Shown here one piece after another: positions 24,914 through 36,030 of a DNA stretch of 64,000 bases; position 1 is the stretch's first letter; every line of letters starts with the position of its first letter. The DNA is from Carcharhinus amblyrhynchos (taxonomy: Eukaryota): the NCBI GenBank assembly GCA_965287045.1, contig OZ336873.1, forward strand, positions 39,742,001 to 39,806,000, in the 5' to 3' direction. Under the pieces are notes generated by a model that did not search any database, had not been told where the DNA came from, and worked only from the letters and a program-made list of their open reading frames with translations. The position numbers and the translations under genes are program-made.

Positions 24914-25781
24914 GTAAAATGAGTGCTGTGGATCGACAGTCCCTGTATAAAACTGACTGTATCGATTGAGTGTCCGTGTGCAAAACTGGTACTGTGGATC
25001 AATTATTTGGATGTGAAACCGATGCTGTGGATTGACTGTACAAGTGTGAATTTGGCACTGTGCATTGACAATCCAGGTGTAAGACAGGTGTTGTGGATCA
25101 CCGGTCTGGGTGTAAACCAGGCGCTGTGGATCACCAGTCTGGGTGTAAAACAGGCGCTTTGAATCGACAGTCCGGGTGTAAAACAGGTGCTTTGAATCGA
25201 CAGTCCAGGTGTAAAACAGGTGCTGTGGATTGACTGCCTGGTGTAAAACCAGCGCTCTGGATCAACTCACTTGGTGTAAAGTAGATATTCTGGAGTGACT
25301 GAATGGGTGATAAATGGGTGCTGTGAAGCAACTGTCTGGGTGTGAAAATGCTGATGTGAATCGACTGTGAAAATGGCACTGTGTATTGACGGTAAAAATT
25401 GGTTCTGTGGGTCGATTGCCCATGTATGTAAAACGGGTGCTGGGCACCAATTGTCTGGGTGTAAACTGGGTGCTGTTGAATGAGTGGGTGTAAAAGCACC
25501 ACTGTGGTCAGACTGTCCAGCTGGAAAACCAGCACCATGGATAGACCTTCTGGGCGTAAAACAGATGCTGTGGATTGACTGGGTGTAAAACCAGCACTGT
25601 AGAATACCTGTCAGGTACAAAATTGGCACCGTGGATTGTCTGTCCAGGTGAAAAGCCGGTGCTGTGATTCAATTGTTTGGATGAAAAAATGGAAATGCAG
25701 ATTGATTGTGTGTAAAACAGGTGCTCTGGTTCAACTGTCCACATGTAAAAGTGGTGCTTTGGTTTGATTATCTGGGTGATA

Positions 25782-25900
25782 AAGAATGAATGGGGAAACT
25801 TAATCAATTAATAAATTACATTAATTTTTTAAATGTGTGAGTAATATCAATCCAACAACTACTAGAATTAATAATCAACTCTGCCATGCACAAGATGTCT
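25782..25900 (-). repeat. ~119-bp inverted copy of 26871-26989 inserted into the minisatellite
   Basis: AAGAATGAATGGGGAAACTTAATC...GCACAAGATGTCT is the near-exact reverse complement of AGACATCTTGTGC...TTTCCCCATTCATTCTT. Confidence 0.95.
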
Positions 25901-27821
25901 ACAACCGTCGAGTATAAAATCAAGACTGCGGATCAACTGTCGTGTGTAAAACTAGTAATGTGACCTGACAGTCTGGGTTTGAAACCAGGACTGGGATCGA
26001 CTGTTTGGATGTAAAGTGGATAGTGTTGATTGGGTATAAGACGGGCACTGTTTAGTGACGGTCCAGATGTAAAACTGGCACTGTGTATCAACTGTCTGGG
26101 TGTAAAACAGTTACTAAATGGATCGACAGGTTGGATGAAAAACTGACGCTGCAGATCGATTGTCCAAGTGAAAAACTAGCACTGAGGATCAACACTGAAA
26201 ATGACACTGTCAATTAAATGTAAAAACAACGGTATAGTTGAAATGTACGCTGTGGATCAACTGTAAAACCAGTGCCTTGGATCAACTGTAAAATAGACAC
26301 CGTGGATCTACTGCCTGTGTCTAAAACTGACGCAATGAATTGACTGTAAAACCTGAACTGTGGGTCAATTGCCTAGGAACACCCTGATTTTCAAACAATG
26401 AAGCAATGAAAATTCTCTGTTTTCTCTAATGGACGGCCAACCCACAACATCAGTTTAATGCCTGGGCGGGAAGTTGAAAATCTGCTGTCCATATGCTTGT
26501 AACATATGCCACGATTTCTTTCCTGTTTCTGTTCTTTTATGACATTTTGAGAACTCGTTGAGAAAAGCTGCGGAATCTGACTGTGAAGGACGGAATTAAC
26601 ATATTCGGTTAAAATGACAAGATTGCTGAAGCTCCTTGAATTATTCACTATCCACTGATACCAATTTATCTCTTTTTGACAGCTGGTCTTTGTAACACTT
26701 GTGAGACAGTTATACTGATTGTGCCATCAACACGGACAATATAAACAAAAATATTTATTTTAAAGAATTAAAAAGGACACGGCACAAAATGCAGTGCATG
26801 TTAACAGATCAGAATCCTATGTAAAAGCTCACTTTTTAAAGATTGCACACATCCTTTCTGGAATACTGTAAGACATCTTGTGCATGGCAGAGTTGATTAT
26901 TAATTCTAGTAGTTGTTGGATTGATATTACTCACACATTTAATAAATTAATGTAATTTATTAATTGATTAAGTTTCCCCATTCATTCTTACGTACAAAAG
27001 GATTCAGAAACTAGTTTCATTGTGAATGATGAAGTTATGCGTAGCTTTTAACTACAAGGCAAAAATTGTATTCATACTACTTATTCTTCTTCTGGATAAC
27101 AAGCTGCTTTCCTGTCAACTAATCTGGGCTGACATCAGGTTGAAGTTGGCTTTCTGAAATATATCTTCTCCATTCAGAATTATGTGCCCTTGAATTCAGG
27201 TGTTGATTTCATCAGCCATCACAGTTTGAAGTGGAGATATGACCTGGATTTATTCGCACATGCGGATTCCAAGTTGTACCTTGTTCTACTTCTGTGCTTG
27301 TTGAAGAGCTACATGTACTTTTTAAACTGTAAACCCTAGAAAGACCAAGTGCAAATCTGACAGTAGGTCCCAGGTATTAATATGCAAGGATTCAGATTGG
27401 CTAACAGCTGTATTTTGGGAGAAATATAGCCATCTGAAATAGTCCATCATCCTGAAAATTAATCTGTACATATTCTTATATACCCAATGTATAGAAAATG
27501 ACACTTCCAACAGTGCAGTAACTCCTCAGTACTGCATCATGGTAGACTCTTTCTTGCTTAGGTCTGTTTAATCTATAAATGATTTCATTTTATTCTATGG
27601 GTGCTTTCCTCACAGAATACAGGATCAGCATGGAATCATTCAGAATTCCACAGACATCTCAACTTGATATGGCTGAAAGAGAGATAGGGAATGTGATGTC
27701 AAATTTAGATAGCGAGCTCCAGTACTTCAAAATTATTGTCACTGAAACATCAGTTTTGGAAAAATATTGATACATAGAAGATCAATAAAACTAGGGCTAG
27801 AGTAATGGTGCAAAACTCTCA

Positions 27822-29645
27822 GCATTTGCCTATTTAAAATAGTTGCATCTCTGCTGGTAGATTGATTTGTAGTGATGTAAGCAGAGGGACTCATGGGCTT
27901 TGGGAGCACTTGCACCTTGGATCTTTGTCAAGCAACATCTCCTAAATTAACCTGCAATGTGTTTGATTTTAACCCATGAGTGTTTTCTTTTTGTTGATGT
28001 GGGGCTTGAATTCTGGATTTTTATGATGTCATACAATCCAATCAATACCATCCCTATAATGCAGAAGAAGCTATTCAGCCCAAAAAGTCTGAACCAACTC
28101 CCTGACAGAGTATCTTGATGTACTTGGCAGAAGTTCATTGTAACAATCCAGGATTCAAGCCCTATGTGACGAGAAGATTTGAGTTGACGGTCCAGAGTGG
28201 AGGTTTATTATGGGGAACCTAAGTGAATATTCCTTCATGCCTGCATGCAAGAATCCTTGAACAGCTATACAAGGGACATCCAGATGTGGTGGGAATTAAG
28301 AAACTGGTACGTAGCCAGGATTGAAACCCAAATCAAAGAGAAAATAGGACACTGTCAGTCCTGTACAAGACCAAGAAACACTCCAACCCTTACATCCTTG
28401 GGAATGGCTGAAAGAGCTATGGCAGCTAGTACACATAGATTGCACTGGCACAATAGAGGGTCACATGTTCATAGTAATTGTTGATGCATATTCTAAATGG
28501 CCAGAAATAGTAATTATGATATCCATGACAGCTATTGAGGAGCTGGATGAAATATATGCCAGATTTGGCAGACCAGATCAAATCATAAATGGCAATGGAC
28601 ATAGTTTACTTCCAAGGCGTTCAAAGGCTATTTGAAAGGAGATGGTATACAGCACATCAAGTCAATTCCTTATCATCAATCTACAAAGGGATTAGCCAAA
28701 CAATTCAAACAGTCACTCAAACACTCAATCAAGGCATCAAAGGACCTAGGTACATTGTCAGAATAAGTAAATAACAGCTTAATGTCATGCAGGAATATTG
28801 CGCACACAACAACAGAGTTAACCAGCAATGTTGTTTTTAAAAAGCAAGCTAAGAATAAAGTTTAATGCTTTGATATGATCTGATATTTCAGAGATTGTCA
28901 AATAACAACAAAAAGCAAAGATTGCTAGGAGGGAACAGAACATTAAAAAGAAAGAATTTACTTGAGGAGAATGAGTGCTGGCAAGAAACTATGCTACCAG
29001 TGAAAAATGGGTACCTGTCATTACCATAGCAAAAACAATCCCAATATCTTGCACCCTACAGACACATGATGAGAGGGATTGGTGACGTCCCATTGACCAG
29101 ATAATAGTCTCTCAAAGAATTTGCATTGGAAATTCTATGCAGTGGTGCCTCTGAACAGAGACTAACCACTGGACAAATCCAGATTCTGTTTCTAAAGAAT
29201 CTTCAACATCAATTGAAACTGACAATAAAATAGTTTAACATGAAGAATTACCAACCAAAGGAAAAGAGGATACGTCAAAATTCTCGAGTAGGCAAATTCC
29301 AGATGTAGAGAACAACCCAAAAGAAATTGATGTCTGCCTGAGAGACAGTCTTATTATATTTATGAAAAATAATGATGGAAATAATATATCTAGGGTTTAA
29401 TTGGGTTTGTTGCTTAAATGTTAAGAAAAGTTGTCATTTGGAACTAAAGTAGTAAAGGGGGAGGGATGTTATGTATTTAAAGTAGTTGCATTCCTGTTGG
29501 TAGAACACTATGTGATCTATAGAGATGTAAGTAGGGGAGTTTGAGGGCTTTTGGGGCACTTACATCTTGGACCTTGGATAAGTAACATCAAAACACACCA
29601 GCATTGTGTTTTACTTTAAACCATGAGTGTGATACCTCATTACCT
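27822..29645 (+). mobile_element. Internally deleted Gypsy element: two diverged LTRs around an integrase remnant
   Basis: ~27825-27985 resembles 29467-29630 (tatttaaa.tagttgcat...gatgtaag...gcactt.ca.cttgga...ccatgagtgt). The PPT AAAGGGGGAGGGA precedes the 3' copy. Integrase motifs: FELTVQSGGLLWG, C..C, VHID, IVDAYSKWPEI, ARFGRP. Confidence 0.8.
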
Positions 29646-29985
29646 TTCTTTTGAAATTCCCAGTCAATACTTAACAGCTTTCTCTCTGAAATTGAGGATG
29701 CCCTCTGGAGCTTTCACATGCAGTTAAATGTGGAAATGTAGAAGTTGCTGTCATGATTCTGTGTTTTTGAATAGGATGGATTGTTGAAGTTCCTGTAGAC
29801 TACAATTGATTAGAAATCATTGAGCTGCCAAGAACCTCCATTGTTACACTATCCGTCATATAAATGACCTCATAAGAGCTTTTCCTTGTTGGATGAGGTA
29901 TAACCTTATAGGCTGTATTATGTTCATATTTACTGTTGAACACCTCTTGTCCTAAAAACTAATTTTATATTTGTGGAATGTCAGA

Positions 29986-30175
29986 TTTCTCCATTATGAT
30001 AAAAGTTTCCACGTTTTTATACATATATATGTATAAATATATATATGTCCTTGAAATATGTATATATGTCCTTGATATTCTTTCTCCATTATGATAAAAG
30101 TTTCCACATTTTTATACATATATATGTATAAAAATATATATATGTCCTTGAAATATATATATATGTCCTTGATAT
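29986..30175. repeat. Tandem duplication, 2 x 95 bp, abutting the 5' end of a CR1
   Basis: TTTCTCCATTATGATAAAAGTTTCCAC... starts at both 29986 and 30081. Confidence 0.92.
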
Positions 30176-32205
30176 GTATGTCCCTGTCAGGCAAGGAGGA
30201 AATGGTTGAGCTAGGGAACCGTGGTGCACTAAAAAAGTAGATTCGCTGGTTAAAAGGAAAAAGGAGGCTTATGTCAGGATGAGACTTGAGGGCTCAGGTA
30301 GTGCACTGGAAAGCTTTAGATTGGCTAGGAGGGAGTTAAAGAGTGAGTTAAGAAGGGCTAAAAGAGGACATGAGAAGACTTTGGCTGATAGGATTAAGGA
30401 GAATCCTAAGGCGTTCTATAGATATGTTAAGAACAGAAGATTGGTTAGGGCAAGATTAGGGCCAGTTAGAGACAGCAGTGGGAAGTTATGTGTGGAACCG
30501 GAAGCGATTGGAGAGGCATTCAACCAGTATTTCTCTTCGGTATTCACGCAGGGAGACATAAATGTAGCTGTGGAGAACACTGGGTTACAGGGTTGTAAAC
30601 TGGATAGTATTGCAGTTGATAAGGAGGATGTGCTAGATATTCTTGAGGGTTTGAAAATGGATAAGTCCCCTGGGCTGGACGGGATTTACCCTAGGATTCT
30701 CTGGGAGGCAAGAGAGGCGATTGCAGAGCCTCTGGCTCTGACCTTCAGGTCGTCGTTGGTCACAGGTATAGTGCCAGAAGATTGGAGGATAGCGAACGTT
30801 GTCCCATTGTTTAAGAAGGGGAACAGAGACTTCCCCAGGAATTATAGACCAGTGAGTCTTACTTCTGTTGTGGGCAAGGTTTTAGAAAAAATTATTAGGG
30901 ATAGGATTTATAGTTATTTAGAGAGTAATGAATTGATTGGAGATAGTCAGCACGGTTTTGTAGAGGGTAGGTCGTGCCTTACTAACCTTATTGAGTTTTT
31001 TGAGAAAGTGACCAAAGAGGTGGATGGGGGTAAGGCAGTTGACGTGGTATATATGGACTTTAGTAAGGCATTTGATAAGGTTCACCATGGAAGGCTTCTG
31101 CAGAAAATGCAGATGTATGGGATTGAGGGTGATTTAGTTAATTGGATCAGGAATTGGCTAGCAGATAGGAGACAGAGGGTGGATGATGGTAAGTATTCGT
31201 CATGGAGTTCGGTTACAAGTGGTGTGCCTCAGGGATCTGTTTTGGGGCCACTGCTGTTTGTAATTTTTATAAATGATCTGGATTAGGGTATAGTTGGGTG
31301 GATTAGTAAATTTGCTGATGACACCAAAGTCGGAGGTGTGGTAGATAGTGAGGAGGGGTGTCATAGTTTACAGAGAGACTTGGACAAGTTGCAGAGCTGG
31401 GCCGAGAGGTGGCGGATGGAGTTTAACGCGGAAAAGTGTGAGGTAATTCACTTTGGCAGGAATAACAGATGTGTAGAGTATAGGGCTAACGGTAGGACTT
31501 TGAATAGTGTTGACGAACAGAGGGATCTAGGTCTATGTGTACATAGATCCCTGAAAGTTGGGAATCAAGTAGATAAGGTTGTTAGGAAGGCATACGGTGT
31601 CTTGGCGTTTACTAGTAGGGGGATTGAATTTAGGAGCCGCAGCGTCATGTTGCAACTGTACAAAACTCTGGTGCGGCCGCACTTGGAGTATTGTGTGCAG
31701 TTCTGGTCCCCACATTATAGGAAGGATGTGGAGGCATTGGAGAGGGTGCAGAGGAGGTTTACCAGGATGTCGCCTGGTGTGGAGGGGAGGTCCTATGAGG
31801 AGAGACTGAGGGATTTGAGGTTGTTTTCGTTAGAAAGAAGGCGGCTAAGAGGGGACCTTATTGAAACATATAAGATGATCAGAGGTTTGGATAGGGTGGA
31901 CAGTGATAGCCTTTTTCCTCGGATGGAGAAAGCAAGCACGAGGGGGCATAGCTTTAAATTAAGGGGTGGTAGTTATAGGACGGATGTCAGAGGTAGGTTC
32001 TTTACCCAGAGGGTGGTGAGGGATTGGAATGTCCTGCCTGCTGCAGTTGTAAATGCGCCTAGTTTGGGGGTGTTTAAGAGATCCGTGGATAGGTTTATGG
32101 ATGGAAAGGGATTGGTTTAGGTTAGAGGGTCATTGCGTTTTAATTGGTCGGCGCAACATCGTGGGCCGAAGGGCCTGTTCTGCGCTGTAATGTTCTATGT
32201 TCTAT
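30176..32205 (+). mobile_element. Young 5'-truncated CR1 LINE (~2 kb) with nearly intact RT
   Basis: ORFs 30279..31286 and 31338..32120 are in the same frame, separated by one TAG. Motifs [43 protein letters not shown]. Tail TGTTCTATGTTCTAT. Confidence 0.96.
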
Positions 32206-32209
32206 ATTA

Positions 32210-33450
32210 TCTCGATCATGGTGTGCAAGGGACAATTTCAAACTTTGTGGATGATACAAAACTTGGAAGGATTGTAAACTGAAGAGGATACTGTAGAACT
32301 TCAAAAGAACATAGACAAGTTGGTGGAGTGGGCAGATAGGTGGAAAATGAAGTTCAATGTAAAGAATTGTGAGGTGATGCATTTTATCGGGAAGAATATA
32401 GGCAGACAATATAAAATAAAGGTGAAATTCTTAAAGGGGTGTAGGAAGCAGAGGGACCTAGGTGTAAATGTGCATAGATCATTGAAGGTGGTAGGACAGG
32501 TGGAGAGAGTAGTTAATAACATTATATTCTGGGATTTATTAACAGGAGCATAGAGAGCAAGACAGACCATGGGGCAGCACAGTGGTTAGCACTGCTGCCT
32601 CACAGCTGCAGGGACCTGGGTTTGATTCCTGGCTTGGGTCAATGTCTGTGTGGAGTTTGCTCCGGTTCCCCCCCCCCGGCCTAAAGATGTGAGGGTTAGG
32701 TGCATTGGCCACACTAAATTGTCCTTTAGTGTCCCAGGATGTGTAAGTTAGAGGGATTAGCAGGATAAATGTATGGGGTTGTGGGAATAGGGCCTAGGGG
32801 GAAATTATTGTTGTGCATATTTGATGGGCCGAATGGCCACATCCTGTACGGTAGGGTTCCCAAGATTCTATGAAGAGCACGGAGGTGATGCTGAATCTGT
32901 GCAAGATATTAGTTATATGTCAGCTGGAAACTTGTGTACAATTCTGGGCACCACATTATAGGAAAGATGTGAATGCAATATAGACAGTGCAGAAGAGGCT
33001 TATAGGAATGGTTCCTGGGATGAGAAACTTTATGAGGATAGATTGGAGAGCTTAGAACTGTTTCCATTGGAGCGAAGAAGCTAAGAAGTGATTTGGTAGA
33101 AATGTTCAAAATCATAAGGGAGCTGGACGTAGGAAATAGGGAGAACCTGTTCCCCATCGTAAAAGGATCAAGAATATGAGGGCACTGATTTAAGGTGATC
33201 TGCAAAAGAAGCAAATGTGATGAGAGGAAAGAATTTTTCACATACTGAATAGTTCAAGTCTGGAATGCACTGAAAGTGTGGTGGAGGCAGATTCAATTGA
33301 GTCTTTGAAGAGAGCATTAGATAATTATTTGAATATAAACAATGTGCAAGAAGTATGGGGAAAAGTCAAAGCCATAATGCTCATTGGGAGAACCAGCACA
33401 GACAGTATGGACCAAATGCCCTCCTCCTGTGCCATAACAATTCTGAATTT
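32210..33450 (+). mobile_element. Older CR1 LINE 3' fragment, interrupted by a SINE
   Basis: FVDDTKLG, WADRWKMKFNV, QFWAHHYRKDV motifs and a CR1 3' UTR at ~33400-33445. Confidence 0.85.
32571..32872 (+). mobile_element. HE1-like V-SINE with CR1-derived tail
   Basis: ggggcagcacagtggttagcactgctgcctcacag head, B-box, V-domain, and tail gatgggccgaatggcc...gattctatg. Confidence 0.88.
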
Positions 33451-34821
33451 ATAATTTGTTATATTTCAGGTTCTATCTTAATCCTATGAATGTCTCCCTG
33501 TCTTTATTTAGCTTTCTGTAAAATGATATTAAAATGTGAAAAATAATCAGTCATATAACATGCTGATTTGCTATCTATGAAAATTCTTCAATGTGATTGG
33601 CTGCTTACCCTGCCTGATGATACTACAGTTGCTGGCTACCTAGAAATCCCCTTGATTTGGCATCACATTCAAGTTGACATTGGGAAAATTATAATCCGTG
33701 CCACAAAGGTTACTGTAAAATCAATGGCAAGCACTGTCACTTAGCTATTGATCACCAAAAACTGGCCAATATTAAAAGGGATGTGACAACTTCTTACGCA
33801 TGATGTCTTGCAGCTTTACGAGTCTAAAGCCAAGTTGACAGCCAAGATACAGTATTGTTTTGATGTGGATTGCCCTGAATCCTGCAGCAAATATTTGTGG
33901 CTCACATTCATTCACTCACAATGTGGTGAATGGTCTGAGCCAGGGGATGTGGCAGTATGGTTAGGAGACAGTTAAAGGCCAAAAACCTGAGGTAGTGTTC
34001 ATGGATGTTTTAATTATTGGACTAATACAAACAGTGGTGTTTCTCCAGGATTAATATTGAGATCAATGCTCTTTTGAAAGAGAGCGATATTGATGGTAAT
34101 GGAACAAGAAGCTGAGCTATGTTTAGAAGGTGCTGGAAACGCAACATTCACAATAGCATGTCACAGAGACGCTTACAGACAACTGAAACACTCAAGCTAG
34201 GTCAAAACCAAAAACAATAGGGAGGAGTTCTCCCGTCTAGGACCAAATCCCAAGGCAGGGCAAGAAAAGGAAGTGTTTCTCGCTGCAGAAATTTGCGGGA
34301 ATCCATATCTTCCACGCAACCTCATTTTCATTAATTATGCACCCAGGTGGTTACTGCCATATTTCGTGATGGGCTGGGCATAATTGTGCAAGCCCTGCCA
34401 TCATATCAGGGTGCCACATTGAAAAGGCACCCAACATCACTGACATACCATTGAAGAGTAAGATAGAAGACCTGAATGTTGGAAGATGGTCTTCCTTGAT
34501 GATGCTGAATCTGGAAGATCCACTTGTATGTGCTCCCCCTGCCCACTGCCATGGTGTTCTGACGTCCAGAGTTGCTACCAACCTCTATCCCAAACTTTGG
34601 AGGCAGCCCCAGGCATTATCCAGATGAGTCCCAATTTCTGCATGTCACGCTATTCCAGGTGTGTTCTGGACTGGTGTGTTTTCCTGCTGGCATCACAATG
34701 TGGAAGATTCCAGTCGGGCCTCCATCTGCATCCCATTAGTGAATGTATAACATTCTTATGCTGACCCCCACCTCATCCCATGGGATTCTTGCTGTGCCAT
34801 GATGGGCGCCGGAAGAAGAAT

Positions 34822-34985
34822 TTGATTTGATTGATTTATTATTGTCACATGTATTAGTATACAGTGAAAAATATTGTTTCTTGCACGCTATATAGACAAA
34901 GCATACCATTCATAGAGAAGGAAATGAGAGAGTGCAGAATGTAGTGTTACAGTCATAGGTAGACTGTGAAGAAAGATCAGCTTCG
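34822..34985 (-). mobile_element. LINE 3' end (Rex1/RTE-X-like), inserted in a probable non-autonomous DNA element (~34219-35047)
   Basis: ttgatttgattgatttattattgtcacatg is the reverse of a ...gtgacaataataaatcaatcaaatcaa tail. The family call is by resemblance. Confidence 0.5.
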
Positions 34986-35089
34986 TACAATCCACCCCCC
35001 GACATTCCACCATCAAACCTGCCAGTGGTGCCATGGGAGAAGTCTGCTCGGTGGAGTAAATTCATTTGGTTCCAATATCACCATACCAA

Positions 35090-36030
35090 AAGTAAAGCAG
35101 AAAGTTTATATACACAAGCAAAATGGATATTAAAATTTAATGCAATATAGCAAAAAAGATTTATAGTAACTGTGAGAAGGGCTATAAATTATTTCAAGAG
35201 GCTAAACAGGATAACAGATTGGGCATATGCTGTCAAATGAACTACAGTATGGAAAATTGTGTCTCATGATGGAACATACAAACTAAATATTAAAACTTTA
35301 AAGGGAGCAGAGAGACTTAGATTCAAAAACATCGATCTTTACATGTGGGAGGAAAAGTTGTTAAAACTATAAAAGAAAAAAATACAAGGGATTTTATCTT
35401 CGATAGAAAGGTGTGCAAGATATAGAAACAAGTAAGTAATGACTTGAGCGGAATGGAAAATTGAATGAGATGTACAACGGGCCACCAATTTGCTGATGTC
35501 TACTTTTCACTCCTGTTGAAGTTGAATTTCACCTCCATTATGTCAAGATTTGTTTACTGTATTTTAAGGAGGATATTGAGGCCAATAAGCAAATGAGGAT
35601 AACTTCATTATGATGACACAATGAACAAGTCTAGTTATGAGTTGTAACCAGACAAACTGGGATCCTTCTCAGTAGAATGGAAATTAAGAGGATATCTCAT
35701 AGCGGCTTTCAAAAAAATGAAAGGCTTTTGATAAGGTAAGTAGAAGAAAAACTATTTCCACTGATGGGAAAAGTAGTAACATTTATGATCATCACCAGAG
35801 AAACGAAGGAAGTTGGGATAATTTTTATGTTATACAAAAGATTGCTCGGTTATGGAATAACCTGAGAAACCAGGAGAAGCAAAATCCATAACAGTTTTTC
35901 AAAAAGTAATGGATATTAATTTCAAAAAGGAACATTTTTAAGACTATAGAAATAGAATCAAAGGATAAAATGGAAAGTGTGATGATTAATATGGTCTCCT
36001 TGTGTGCTGTGTAAGGCTTTGTGCTTCTAT
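35090..36030 (+). mobile_element. Ancient, heavily decayed CR1 fragment (upstream piece at ~33940-34080)
   Basis: Residual motifs SGVSPG, FKEDIEA, LRGYLIAAFK..KG and RLWNNL, plus a CR1-like 3' end. Confidence 0.6.

Larger units (their letters stand above)
24575..26365. repeat. Degenerate minisatellite, ~33-bp unit (consensus ~CAGGTGCTGTGGATCGACTGTCCGGGTGTAAAA), roughly 45-50 units, with two insertions
   Basis: Regular recurrence of GTAAAA-N3-GTGCTGTGGAT. Units at 25085-25250 are nearly identical, edge units are degenerate, and some units are shortened to ~25-29 bp. Confidence 0.93.

Noticed and set aside
24923-25807. ORFs with 11-aa repeats (LWIxxxGVKQ; APVLHPDCRFK) as a repeat protein
   Set aside because: They are a by-product of the 33-bp period. 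Stops and non-triplet unit deletions occur, and no convincing splice sites were found.
24575-26365. CRISPR-like array
   Set aside because: Units are contiguous degenerate tandem repeats without unique spacers of regular length. There are no cas genes and the context is a vertebrate intron.
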